52,183 bases of DNA from Sphingomicrobium sp. GTDB taxonomy: Bacteria; Pseudomonadota; Alphaproteobacteria; Sphingomonadales; Sphingomonadaceae. The DNA is taken from the NCBI GenBank assembly GCA_046714555.1, contig JBKKAQ010000065.1, positions 1 through 52,183 on the forward strand, given 5' to 3'. Of this stretch, positions 1 to 8,860 are shown piece by piece. How positions within the stretch are numbered: the stretch's first letter is position 1; each line of letters starts with the position of its first letter. The notes under the pieces were generated by a model. It worked only from the letters and a program-made list of their open reading frames with translations. It searched no databases and was not told the origin of the DNA. Made by a program: the position numbers and the translations under genes.

Positions 1-86
1 AGAAAGCGCAGGCGGTTGTCGGGAAACAGCATGGCCACGGCATCGGCGACCGCATTCGACACCGGATTTGTTCCAGGCTGTTCCAC
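1..86 (-). CDS. Possible 5' end of a gene running off the left edge
   Basis: Open minus frame (V/M)EQPGTNPVSNAVADAVAMLFPDNRLRF downstream of uvrD. Start and product unknown. Confidence 0.25.
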   Translation of the reverse strand, partial: MEQPGTNPVSNAVADAVAMLFPDNRLRF

Positions 87-148
87 TCGTTGACGACCAT
101 GATCCCGCGGCCGCGGAGCACCCGACGCGCCTTGCGAAAAGCCACCTT

Positions 149-2425
149 TTACTCACCCAAACTCACAAAACTATCCAACACCCGTTTCCGCCCGGCATGC
201 TCGAATTCAATCTCGATCTTATTGCCTTCGATCAGCGCAATCGTGCCGTAACCGAATTTGCCGTGGAACACGCGCATTCCCAGCGCGAGGTCGTCGCGAC
301 CCTTACTGCCGAGCGACACCGCAGACGCCTTGGCTTCGATGATCCGCTGGGGCTGGGTCGAGAAGCTTCCACCCGCCGCGCGTTGCCAGCCCGGGCCCCT
401 CATGCTCGTGTGGGCGGACGCGACGTGCGCAAACGGGTCGCCATGCTCGCTCCATTGCGCCCGCCACAGGCTTTCGCCGCCGCTCATCGTGGTTTCCTGC
501 TCGACATTGTCAGTGGGAAGCTCGGCGACGAAGCGGCTCGGGATGCTGCTGGTCCACTGGCCGTAGATCCGGCGGTTGGCGGCGAGGAGGATGGTCGCGC
601 GGGTCCGCGCCCGCGTAATCGCGACATAGGCGAGGCGGCGCTCCTCCTCGAGGCTCGCAAGGCCGCCCTCGTCCAATGCACGCTGGGACGGGAAGACGCC
701 TTCCTCCCAGCCGGCGAGGAACACCAAGGGGAATTCCAAGCCCTTGGCGGCGTGGATGGTCATGATCGTCACCCGCGGCTCGCCACTGGCCGCGTCATTG
801 TCCATTACAAGGCTGACATGTTCGAGAAATGCGCCAAGAGTCTCATATTCCTCCATCGCCCGCGTAAGCTCGGCGAGGTTTTCGAGCCGGCCGGCCGATT
901 CGGCGGTCCGCTCGGCGGCGAGCGCAGCGGTGTAGCCGCTCTCGTCGAGCAGGATACGCGCGAGCTCGGGGTGGGGGAGGGTCGCGGCCTGGTTTCGCCA
1001 GCGCGCGATATCGCCGATGAAGCGGCCAAGGCTGCGACGCGCCTGGGGGGTCAATTCGTCGCTGTCCAGCATCGCTGCCGCGGCGAGTAGCAGCGGCTGG
1101 CGGGTGACGCGGGCACAAGCGTGGATTTTCGCCACCGCCTTGTCGCCGAGCCCGCGTTTGGGCACGTTGACGATCCGCTCGAACGCGAGATCGTCGGCGG
1201 GCTGGGCGACCAGGCGGAGATAGGCCAGAGCGTCGCGGATTTCGGCGCGTTCATAGAAGCGAAAACCCCCGACGATCTGATAGGCGAGGCCGATCGCGAT
1301 GAATCGCTCCTCGAATTCGCGGGTCTGGAATTGCGCACGGACCAGGATCGCCGAGTCGTCGGGGGTTCCGCCGCGCGCCGCGTGCGCCTCGATCTCCTCG
1401 CCGACCCGGCGCGCTTCCTCGGGGCCGTCCCACACTGCGATGACTTTGACCGGATCGCCCGCGGCGACCTCGGTCCACAATGTCTTGCCGAGGCGGTCGG
1501 CGTTGTGCGCGATGAGCCCGGTGGCGGCGGCGAGGATATGCGGGGTCGAACGGTAATTCTGCTCGAGGCGAATCACTGCGGCGCCGGGGAAATCGACCTC
1601 GAAGCGCAAGATGTTGGCGACCTCTGCCCCCCGCCACGAATAGATCGACTGGTCGTCGTCGCCGACGCAGCACAGGTTTCGGTTGGGCTCGGCGAGCAGT
1701 TTGAGCCATTCATACTGTGCTTGATTGGTATCCTGATATTCGTCGACGAGCAGATATTTGAAGCGCCCGCGCCATGCTTCGAGGACGTCGGGGTGCGCGC
1801 GAAGGATCACCAGTATGTGGAGCAGAAGGTCGCCGAAGTCGCACGCGTTGAGGGTCGCGAGCCGCGACTGGTAGGCGGCGTAGAGCTCGGCGCCGCGGCC
1901 CTGAGCGAAGGCTTCGGATTCGCCAGCGTCGATCTGGGCGGGTGTCATCCCGCGGTTCTTCCAGCGGTCGATCAACCCGGCGAGCTGGCGCGCCGGCCAG
2001 CGCTTTTCGTCGAGGTTGGCGGCGAGGATCAACTGCTTCATCAGGCGCAACTGGTCATCGGTGTCGAGGATGGTGAAGTTGGACTGGAGCCCGACGAGTT
2101 CGGCGTGGCTTCGAAGCATCCGGGCGGCGACGCTGTGAAAGGTGCCGAGCCACGGCATTCCCTCGATCGCTCCGCCGCTGATCGCCGAGACCCGCTCCTT
2201 CATCTCGCGCGCGGCTTTATTGGTGAAGGTCACACTGAGGATCTGGCTTGGCCAGGCGCGTCGGGTAGCGATGAGGTGCGCGAGCCGCGCGGTAAGCGCT
2301 GCGGTCTTTCCGGTCCCGGCTCCGGCCAGCACCAGCACCGGGCCTTCGGTAGTCAACACCGCCTCGCGCTGTGGCGGGTTCAGGCCGGCGAGGTAAGCGG
2401 GCTCGGTGACGGGAGATTCGGGCAC
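149..2425 (-). CDS. uvrD: ATP-dependent DNA helicase UvrD/PcrA (superfamily 1)
   Basis: Motifs AGAGTGKT, TFTNKAA, DEYQD, VGDDDQSIY, LEQNYRS, TIHAAKGLEF, EERRLAYVA; C-terminal Tudor-like domain (RVFHGKFGYG). Confidence 0.97.
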   Translation of the reverse strand: MPESPVTEPAYLAGLNPPQREAVLTTEGPVLVLAGAGTGKTAALTARLAHLIATRRAWPSQILSVTFTNKAAREMKERVSAISGGAIEGMPWLGTFHSVAARMLRSHAELVGLQSNFTILDTDDQLRLMKQLILAANLDEKRWPARQLAGLIDRWKNRGMTPAQIDAGESEAFAQGRGAELYAAYQSRLATLNACDFGDLLLHILVILRAHPDVLEAWRGRFKYLLVDEYQDTNQAQYEWLKLLAEPNRNLCCVGDDDQSIYSWRGAEVANILRFEVDFPGAAVIRLEQNYRSTPHILAAATGLIAHNADRLGKTLWTEVAAGDPVKVIAVWDGPEEARRVGEEIEAHAARGGTPDDSAILVRAQFQTREFEERFIAIGLAYQIVGGFRFYERAEIRDALAYLRLVAQPADDLAFERIVNVPKRGLGDKAVAKIHACARVTRQPLLLAAAAMLDSDELTPQARRSLGRFIGDIARWRNQAATLPHPELARILLDESGYTAALAAERTAESAGRLENLAELTRAMEEYETLGAFLEHVSLVMDNDAASGEPRVTIMTIHAAKGLEFPLVFLAGWEEGVFPSQRALDEGGLASLEEERRLAYVAITRARTRATILLAANRRIYGQWTSSIPSRFVAELPTDNVEQETTMSGGESLWRAQWSEHGDPFAHVASAHTSMRGPGWQRAAGGSFSTQPQRIIEAKASAVSLGSKGRDDLALGMRVFHGKFGYGTIALIEGNKIEIEFEHAGRKRVLDSFVSLGE

Positions 2426-2446
2426 CGAATCGAGGTAGGGACCGCG

Positions 2447-2461
2447 GAACAGAAGGGCAAC
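2447..2461 (-). promoter_or_regulatory. Putative LexA (SOS) box upstream of uvrD
   Basis: GTTG-N7-GTTC on the minus strand, one mismatch to alphaproteobacterial GTTC-N7-GTTC; overlaps a plausible -35. Confidence 0.45.
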
Positions 2462-2495
2462 CGCCGAGCCGCTTCACTTATGCGCGATATCCCCG

Positions 2496-2504
2496 TTATC
2501 CACA
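2496..2504 (+). promoter_or_regulatory. DnaA box
   Basis: Perfect TTATCCACA in the uvrD/ncRNA intergenic region. Confidence 0.55.
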
Positions 2505-2527
2505 GGCCCGGCGGCAAAGATTCCGCT

Positions 2528-2556
2528 TTGCGCGACTCGGCAAGGCGCGCATATTC
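2528..2556 (+). promoter_or_regulatory. Putative sigma70 promoter of the candidate ncRNA
   Basis: TTGCGC-N16-CATATT; GANTC sites at 2519-2523 and 2534-2538. Confidence 0.5.
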
Positions 2557-2560
2557 ACAG

Positions 2561-2960
2561 CGTGATCGGAACGGAAGTTCCAGACCTCCCCCGGGAGGTC
2601 AGGCGACCAAGGGTCCGATCTCCGCCGGCAGGCGATGGAGCGTTTGAAACGGAATTGCTTCCTCGGAAGCGAAACCTCGACGGACAATCCGGACCAGCTG
2701 GCAAGAGGCGCCGGAAGAGTCGGTCCTTCTGTCGCGAAAGCCTATCTTTCGAGAGAAGCGGACGCGAAAGAGGATCGATCCAAGAAGGGCCGCTGAAGAA
2801 GAGGAACCCGTCTTCGGATTGGGATCCACTTTCGGAAGCGACGCCTGAGCTGGTGAGCCAGGATCGAGGACGGTGACGCTTTACGCGGATCAGGTCACGA
2901 ACACCGGCAGATCCATCGCTCGGCGCAGTGGGGGCTGGCAGCAATGCCGGCCCCCATTTC
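2561..2960 (+). ncRNA. Candidate large structured non-coding RNA, family unknown
   Basis: Nested long-range helices (2623-2639/2912-2925, 2675-2680/2864-2869, 2693-2699/2848-2854, 2706-2710/2842-2846, 2711-2717/2829-2835, 2721-2730/2783-2792), tetraloop hairpins, own promoter and terminator, no convincing ORF. Confidence 0.7.
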
Positions 2961-2962
2961 TC
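2928..2962 (+). terminator. Intrinsic terminator
   Basis: GTGGGGGCTGGCA-GCAA-TGCCGGCCCCCAT followed by TTCTC. Confidence 0.7.
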
Positions 2963-3222
2963 GTTCAAGTAGCAAACGGTTAGTCATCGGGACGGCCGAC
3001 TTCACTCTTTCGGCCTCATCGCGCACAATGTGTAGCTGAAGCGCACACAGTTTGACTTTATAGCGGCCGCGTGCGCGAGCAGCTACCCTACCACGCTTGC
3101 TCCGCTCGTGCCATGAGCCTTGCCTCGCCGCTGAGCGCCCAAGTGCATTCGACGCTTCTTTTCCGCTCCCACGAGGCGAAAAATGGCTTCCTTGGCCGAG
3201 TCGCGATCGAGCGCGGAAGCAA

Positions 3223-3246
3223 GAGGGGCCGCCGGAGCAGCCCCTC
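3223..3246 (-). terminator. Terminator-like hairpin after the DUF3597 gene
   Basis: GAGGGGC...GCCCCTC inverted repeat just downstream of the stop. Confidence 0.5.
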
Positions 3247-3255
3247 CGCGTCGTT

Positions 3256-3657
3256 TCAGTCGGTCAGATTGGCGGGGACGCGTCCGCCGTTGGCGGCTAG
3301 CTGGCGCATTACTTCCTTGTGAAGCCACAAATTCATTTCGGCGCTTCCGTCTTTGGCACCGGTATAGCCTAGCTCTGTCGCGAGCTCCTTGCGATTGTCG
3401 AGGCTCGAATCGAGCCCGATCAATTTCATCAGATCGACGATCGATGTCCGCCAGTTGAGGTCGGGATTGCCTTTCGAAGACGCCATTGCGGTCAGGGTCT
3501 GTTCGACATCGACGCTCCCGGCCTGAGCGGTTGCGGTGCCCACCCCGCTTGAAGCGGGGGGCCCGCCAGCCATTCCCGCGGGGATTTGCGGCCGCTCGCC
3601 TGCATTGGCGGTCTTGTGACCGAAAATGGCGTCCTTGATCTTTCCGAAAATGCTCAT
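3256..3657 (-). CDS. DUF3597 family protein
   Basis: MSIFGKIKDAIFG start and LNWRTSIVDLMKLIGLDSSL...RKELATELGY; RBS GGGAGA. Confidence 0.85.
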   Translation of the reverse strand: MSIFGKIKDAIFGHKTANAGERPQIPAGMAGGPPASSGVGTATAQAGSVDVEQTLTAMASSKGNPDLNWRTSIVDLMKLIGLDSSLDNRKELATELGYTGAKDGSAEMNLWLHKEVMRQLAANGGRVPANLTD

Positions 3658-3695
3658 TCGGTTTCTCCCTGTGGGGTGGGTGGCGGTGACCAGGC

Positions 3696-4148
3696 TCAGG
3701 CGTTGATGTTGAGCTTGAGGTCGCGCATCTGATCATGGCCCGCCTTGACCGAACCATAAGCGCGCTCGATTGCCGCGCGGGTCTCGGGGCTCAGACTATC
3801 ATCCTTGAGCGCGGCTTCATATTTTGCCTTGATATGGTCCTCGCCGCGCTCGACCTCGGCGATAACTGCCTTGTCGTCGCGGGTCGCAACGGTGGCTTTC
3901 AAATCGAGGAAGGCGCGGTGCGCTCCGGCAAGCAAAGTGCCGTCGTCCTCGGGATTGCCGCCGAGCCTCGAAACCTCGCTGCGCAACTGCTCGCAGACTT
4001 GGCGGCGTTCGGCCGCGCGCGCGGTGAACAAATCGCCGTACCGGCCGCTATCGACCGCCTTGGCCGATTCCTCATAGCCGTCGATGCTGTCGATGGTGGT
4101 CGCGATGAGGCCGTTCAAGGTGCGGATGTCATGGCTCGTCTCGGTCAT
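3696..4148 (-). CDS. PA2169-family four-helix-bundle (ferritin-like) protein
   Basis: LNGLIATTIDSIDGY, AEVERGEDHIKAKYE; AAGGAG RBS before the ATG at 4148. Confidence 0.85.
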   Translation of the reverse strand: MTETSHDIRTLNGLIATTIDSIDGYEESAKAVDSGRYGDLFTARAAERRQVCEQLRSEVSRLGGNPEDDGTLLAGAHRAFLDLKATVATRDDKAVIAEVERGEDHIKAKYEAALKDDSLSPETRAAIERAYGSVKAGHDQMRDLKLNINA

Positions 4149-4307
4149 ACTGGGCTCCTTAGAATGCAAGGGTGATGCGGGCTCAACGCGCGAGCCGGTC
4201 AGGCGATGCGCGGCCTGACGCAAAAAAGCTTCCGTTGGCTCCATCCCGGCGCAATTGTCCCAGTGAGCGGGGATGCGCTCGCCTGACGCTTCGCCCTATG
4301 GCGTGGC

Positions 4308-5072
4308 TCAAGCCTGGCTGAAAAGGCTCCAGTCGGCGATCCCCGGCAAATACTCCGCGACCGGGGCCCATGCGCCGGTCGCAAGAAACACCAGCCGTAC
4401 CGCGAGCGCGAGCGCCAACAGCGACAAGCCGAGGATTGTCGCCGGATGGGCCCGGCCAAGGCTTCTGAGGTCCCAGCGGATCAGCGGCACGAAGGTCGCA
4501 AGCGTGATCATGTTGAGCAATGCGAAGACGGGAAGGATCGGCGGCCCGAGCGGCAGCCGGCCGATCGCCGGGTCGAGCAGCATCAGCGCCGCTCCGAGCA
4601 TCGCGCGCTTGTGCCATTGGGCGTCGCGGCGGCGCGACCAGCCGGTCCACAGCATGAAGACATAAGGCGGAATGATCGCAAGCGGGACGATCGTCCAGTT
4701 GAGCGGATCGGTGAAGGCCGGCTGGTTGGCGCGGGGCACTTGCCCCACGGTGACGAGGTACATCAAAGGGACGATTGCGATCGCCAAGAGCATTGCCATC
4801 CCGCCGAGCCGGATATGGAGGTCGCGTCGCCCGGCGGCGACCAGCTGGGTCTGAGCGACGAACACCAGCATCCACACCGAAAACAGGATTCCGTGAAGCA
4901 TGACCGAAGGGGGAAGCGTCGGACTGGGGCGAGGCCAATGAACATAGCCGCGCGCATAGAAGCTTGGCCCAAATCCGATCAGAACGACCGCAGCCATGAA
5001 GAATGCCATTCGCGAATAGAAACGCCGTTCGGCGGACTGGCGCGCGCGCGCACCAATGATCTGGGTCGCCAT
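4308..5072 (-). CDS. Multi-pass membrane protein, function unknown
   Basis: About 7 hydrophobic segments with His motifs (LHG, LHIRLG, WHKRAM); GGAGGAG RBS. Confidence 0.8.
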   Translation of the reverse strand: MATQIIGARARQSAERRFYSRMAFFMAAVVLIGFGPSFYARGYVHWPRPSPTLPPSVMLHGILFSVWMLVFVAQTQLVAAGRRDLHIRLGGMAMLLAIAIVPLMYLVTVGQVPRANQPAFTDPLNWTIVPLAIIPPYVFMLWTGWSRRRDAQWHKRAMLGAALMLLDPAIGRLPLGPPILPVFALLNMITLATFVPLIRWDLRSLGRAHPATILGLSLLALALAVRLVFLATGAWAPVAEYLPGIADWSLFSQA

Positions 5073-5240
5073 TCTGCTCCTCCCCCGAGAACAGTTGAGC
5101 GCTTCTATATCGTTTTTGACGCGTTACGAAAAGAGGGTGGAGTTGGCGCGCAATCCGCAGCTACTCTCACTCGAGTATCATCGCGCTGGCGCGGCGTCAG
5201 GGCGCGCGATAAGCCACGGCCCAGGCATGGGAGAGATGCA

Positions 5241-6002
5241 ATGCGCAGGACGATCTTGGCGGCGACGATTGCATTGGTTGTTTGGACGGTGCCGGCTGCT
5301 TCGCTCGCGGTTCCGGCCGATGTCGTGTCAAGCGTCGCTGCCAAGGGGCGCACCCCCGATAATGTCGCTCTCGACGAGGCGCGCAAGCCTGTCGAAATGC
5401 TCCGCTTTCTCGGGCTGCGGAAGGGGATGCGGGTGATCGATATGGTCGGCGCCAATCTCTACTGGGCAGAAATCATCGCTCCCGCGGTCGGCCCGAAGGG
5501 GATGGTGGTGGTGTGGCAGCCGAGCCAGTTCCTCAATGACAAGCGCCGCGCCAGCTTCGCCGAGTTCGCAGCACGCCAGCGCAATGTCGCCCTGATCTCG
5601 AGCCCGTTCCAGACCCCGATCCTCGCTCCGCGAAGCTATGACTTCATGATGATGAACCTCGATTATCACGACGTCTATTGGCAAAGCGTCGAACGCGCCA
5701 TTCCGCGGATGGAGCCCGATGCGTGGCTCAAAATCCTGTTCGCGGCGATGAAGCCGGGTGCAACCGTCGGGATCATCGACCATTCCGCCAATCCCGGCGG
5801 CGACACTCGAGAAACGGTCGAGAAACTGCACCGGATCGACCCGACGGTGGTCCGCGTCGATTTCGAGCGCGCTGGCTTTGTGCTTGACGGGACCAGCGAG
5901 CTTCTTCGCAATCCCGCCGACGACCGCACCGCCAATGTGTTCGATCCGGCGATCAAGGGCCGCACCGACCGCTTCATCTTTCGCTTCAAGAAGCCGCGAT
6001 GA
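5241..6002 (+). CDS. Exported class I SAM-dependent methyltransferase-like protein
   Basis: Signal peptide, GMRVIDMVG, YHD, MKPGATVGIIDH, LHRIDP, GRTDRF. Confidence 0.85.
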   Translation: MRRTILAATIALVVWTVPAASLAVPADVVSSVAAKGRTPDNVALDEARKPVEMLRFLGLRKGMRVIDMVGANLYWAEIIAPAVGPKGMVVVWQPSQFLNDKRRASFAEFAARQRNVALISSPFQTPILAPRSYDFMMMNLDYHDVYWQSVERAIPRMEPDAWLKILFAAMKPGATVGIIDHSANPGGDTRETVEKLHRIDPTVVRVDFERAGFVLDGTSELLRNPADDRTANVFDPAIKGRTDRFIFRFKKPR

Positions 6003-7282
6003 GCCTATCCCCGGCGTTCCGGATCCTGCTCGCGCTCGGCGTCGGGCTCGCCGCGGGGGCGGCGGCCGCGGGCACCGGGGCAGGCTTTGTCGACGGCGCC
6101 AATACGGTTGCGGCGACGGCCGGCGGATTATGGCTCGATTCGCTCAAGATGACCGTGGTCCCGCTGATCGTCGCGCTCCTGGTGAGCGGGATCAATGGCG
6201 GGGCGCGCGCGGCGAGCGCCGGCGGAGTGGCGGGGCGATCGATGCTGTGGTTCGCGGCAATCATCATCGCTTCGGCGGTGTTTGGTGCAGTGGCGATGCC
6301 GCTGCTGCTCCAGATCGCCCCGCTGCCCGACGCCGCGGCCGAGGCGCTTAGGGCAGGCTTGGGGGCAGTCGACCGCGAGGCGACCGCCGCGGCGGTGCCG
6401 GGAGCGAGCGAATTCCTACGCCAGGCGGTCCCGGCCAACGTCATCTCGGCAGCCGCCAATGACCGGATCCTTCAACTGGTGCTGTTCACCTGCGTGTTCG
6501 CGTTTGCGCTGACGCGGATCGAGCCTGGTCCGCGCGAGCGGCTTGCCGGCTTCTTCAATGCGCTTGGGGCGGCGATGCTGGTGATGATCGGCTGGGTGTT
6601 GTGGCTTGCGCCGGTGGGGGTACTCGCGCTCGCCTTTACAGTCGGGGCCTCGGCGGGCTCGGCGGCGTTCGGGGCGATCCTTCATTATATCATCCTGGTG
6701 ACGAGCCTGGGGATCGTGATCATCCTTGTCGCTTATCCGCTGGCGATGATCGCGGCCAAACTTCCGCTCGCGCGCTTCGCCCGGTCGATGATCGCTCCGC
6801 AGGCGGTGGCGATATCGACTCAGTCGTCGCTCGCCTCGCTCCCGGCGATGCTCAACGCGTCCGAGGCGCTCGGGATCGAGCAGCATAAGGCCGACGTCAT
6901 TCTGCCGCTCGCGGTGGCGCTGTTTCGAGCAACCGGCCCGGCGATGAATATCGGGGTCGCGATCTATGTCGCGCATCTTATGGGGGTCGAGCTGGGCCCG
7001 CTTCAGCTTGCCGCGGGGGTTGCGGTGGCGGCGACGACGACTCTTGCGGCAGTTAGCCTCCCAGGACAATTAAGCTTCGTCACCTCGATCGCGCCGATTG
7101 CCCTGGCAATGGGAATCCCGATCGAGCCGCTCGCTCTGCTGATCGCGGTCGAGACGATTCCCGACATTTTTCGTACCCTCGGCAATGTCACGATGGACGT
7201 CGCAGTGACCGGGGCCATTGCGCGAGGCCGCGAGGGCCAGGATGGGGCTTCCCTACCGGTTCGGCATAGTGCAGCCCGATGA
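5999..7282 (+). CDS. Dicarboxylate/amino acid:cation symporter (DAACS)
   Basis: LKMTVVPLI, STQSSLASLP, DIFRTLGNVTMD. Confidence 0.92.
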   Translation: MSLSPAFRILLALGVGLAAGAAAAGTGAGFVDGANTVAATAGGLWLDSLKMTVVPLIVALLVSGINGGARAASAGGVAGRSMLWFAAIIIASAVFGAVAMPLLLQIAPLPDAAAEALRAGLGAVDREATAAAVPGASEFLRQAVPANVISAAANDRILQLVLFTCVFAFALTRIEPGPRERLAGFFNALGAAMLVMIGWVLWLAPVGVLALAFTVGASAGSAAFGAILHYIILVTSLGIVIILVAYPLAMIAAKLPLARFARSMIAPQAVAISTQSSLASLPAMLNASEALGIEQHKADVILPLAVALFRATGPAMNIGVAIYVAHLMGVELGPLQLAAGVAVAATTTLAAVSLPGQLSFVTSIAPIALAMGIPIEPLALLIAVETIPDIFRTLGNVTMDVAVTGAIARGREGQDGASLPVRHSAAR

Positions 7283-7331
7283 GCCGCCCGGCGCCATCAG
7301 CGAGGCCAAACTTCGGCAACTGCGATCGGGT

Positions 7332-7357
7332 GGAACGCGCCGCCGCCGCCGCTCGTT
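7332..7357 (+). promoter_or_regulatory. EcfG/SigT (general stress) promoter
   Basis: GGAAC-N17-CGTT about 30 nt before the GTG at 7390. Confidence 0.7.
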
Positions 7358-7389
7358 GAACCGGGGCGAGACTTAAGAGAGGGCGAGAC

Positions 7390-7596
7390 GTGACCGATAA
7401 CGACAAACCGCAGGCGCCGACCGAGCAGGCCGCGCCCGAGCGCGAACTCGAGCAGGAATTGAAGAAGAACCCGCACGACCTCGACAAGAAGGTCGACGTC
7501 GGAAGCGACGAATCGATGGACGCGTCCGACCCGAGCGCGGCGGCTCAGCCGGGCCAGTCGGACGAGCCAGTGCCGTCTTCCTCATTTCCCGAATAA
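7390..7596 (+). CDS. Small acidic hypothetical protein, probable general-stress protein
   Basis: RBS GAGGG, ESMDASDP motif, EcfG promoter upstream. Confidence 0.7.
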   Translation: MTDNDKPQAPTEQAAPERELEQELKKNPHDLDKKVDVGSDESMDASDPSAAAQPGQSDEPVPSSSFPE

Positions 7597-7827
7597 TCTC
7601 GCGTCTTCCTGAACAGGCGCTCATCGCAATAGGGTCGCGCATGCAAAAAACGCGTGCGTGCGTTGCAAATAATCAACACCTCGCCGGTGATATGACGCGT
7701 TGTGACAGTTAGATGTTGCTGCTGTGACGTAGTTCTGATTCTTTATGAGTGGGGGGCGGGGTCATAGTTAATCCTTTTGCAACCGTTGAGGTCGCATGAT
7801 CCTTCCTGAAGTAGAGGAGTCTGGGTC

Positions 7828-8379
7828 ATGAAGACGAAGACGAGCCAACCTGCCGGGGGCGCGCTGCTGATTTCGGAAATGAAGGAATTCGCCGGCTTTC
7901 CCAAGGCGACCCAGCGCTACATCCGCCGCTCGCTCGACGTTGCTTACGGTCGCCGCGATCCGCTCGATTGCTGGGCGCGCGATGAAGGTGAAATCGCCTC
8001 GATCCGGGCTCAGGCGCGGCTCTACAAGCAAATCGACCGGCTTCGGCTCCAGGTCCCCGACGACAGCGGACTCGATATGATCGACTCGTTCATTGGGCTG
8101 CTGATCACCTTGACCGCGTTCGACCTTGGCCAGGACCGGTTGCCCAACTTCGCCGCGTACCGCTTCCTTTACGAGCGGCTGATTGGGGCTTCAGCCCGTC
8201 CGTGGCTTCCGGCGGCGTTCTGCGCCTCGGCGGCGCTTCCGCACCTCCACCCCGAACGGCGCCGGGTGCTTCTCCAGTCGATCAGCGAAAGCGCGGCGAC
8301 CGCCCCCGGCTGGTCGAACCGCGAACCGGTGTTCTGGCCCGAATGGGTCGAGAAGGTCGACATGGAAGAAGCCGCCTAG
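7828..8379 (+). CDS. Hypothetical protein (183 aa)
   Basis: GAGGAG RBS, typical codon usage, AT-rich upstream region. Confidence 0.8.
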   Translation: MKTKTSQPAGGALLISEMKEFAGFPKATQRYIRRSLDVAYGRRDPLDCWARDEGEIASIRAQARLYKQIDRLRLQVPDDSGLDMIDSFIGLLITLTAFDLGQDRLPNFAAYRFLYERLIGASARPWLPAAFCASAALPHLHPERRRVLLQSISESAATAPGWSNREPVFWPEWVEKVDMEEAA

Positions 8380-8858
8380 CGTCGCGCCTCGATCGAGGGA
8401 AAAATCTCGGCAAGCCGCTCGAGGCTTGCCTTCGCGCTCCTGTGATGGATGAAAATCCCTCCCTTGTCTTCCCATTTGCCACGATGATCCTCACGGTCGT
8501 CGACCAACACGTCGCCCGGTGACAGATGGCGCGCCTTGTCGCGCGCCATACAGGTGATGATCCTGGTCCCCGGAAAATGCTCGGCCACCCAGCGCACTTT
8601 CTGCGGTGCCGCCCATTTGCCGAGCGGAAGCCCGGTGAGAACCGTCGGTCCAAGGTGTGCGACCGCGTCGAACAGTGTCCGCGCGTCGGGCATTTCAGGA
8701 AGCTTCGCGTAAAAATCTGGCGCGCGCGCGCGCCTCTTCCAGAATTCGCCCCTCGAATATCTCGCTTCGAAGGCTCGCGGGGTCAGCCCGAGCAGCGCCT
8801 TCGCGCCGCAATCGAAATCGGCGAGGACTCCATCGCAGTCCAGAAACAAGTGCGGCAC
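8376..8858 (-). CDS. HAD-superfamily 5'(3')-nucleotidase-like hydrolase
   Basis: Motif I DCDGVLADF, LTG, K, LVDDR. Confidence 0.85.
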   Translation of the reverse strand: MPHLFLDCDGVLADFDCGAKALLGLTPRAFEARYSRGEFWKRRARAPDFYAKLPEMPDARTLFDAVAHLGPTVLTGLPLGKWAAPQKVRWVAEHFPGTRIITCMARDKARHLSPGDVLVDDREDHRGKWEDKGGIFIHHRSAKASLERLAEIFPSIEARR

Positions 8859-8860
8859 GC

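Noticed and set aside
70-83. GTTC-N6-GTTC as a LexA box
   Set aside because: The spacer is 6 nt rather than 7.
68-2647. Long antisense ORFs (68-1090, 1121-2647 and similar ones throughout the window)
   Set aside because: Shadow frames of high-GC3 genes with no motifs.
2719-2840. Hammerhead-like GTC...CTGAAGA arrangement inside the candidate ncRNA
   Set aside because: There is an extra G before CTGAAGA, no GAAA after stem II and no stem III, so it is not a canonical hammerhead.
2561-2960. RNase P RNA or group I/II intron as the identity of the ncRNA
   Set aside because: No GAGGAAAGTCC or AGAACCCGGCTTA on either strand, no domain V or P7 signature, and it does not interrupt a gene.
2555-2968. 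ORFs 2562-2876(+), 2555-2968(-) and 2599-2829(-)
   Set aside because: No RBS, no domain similarity, atypical composition; the region is better explained by RNA structure, though a leaderless peptide is not strictly excluded.
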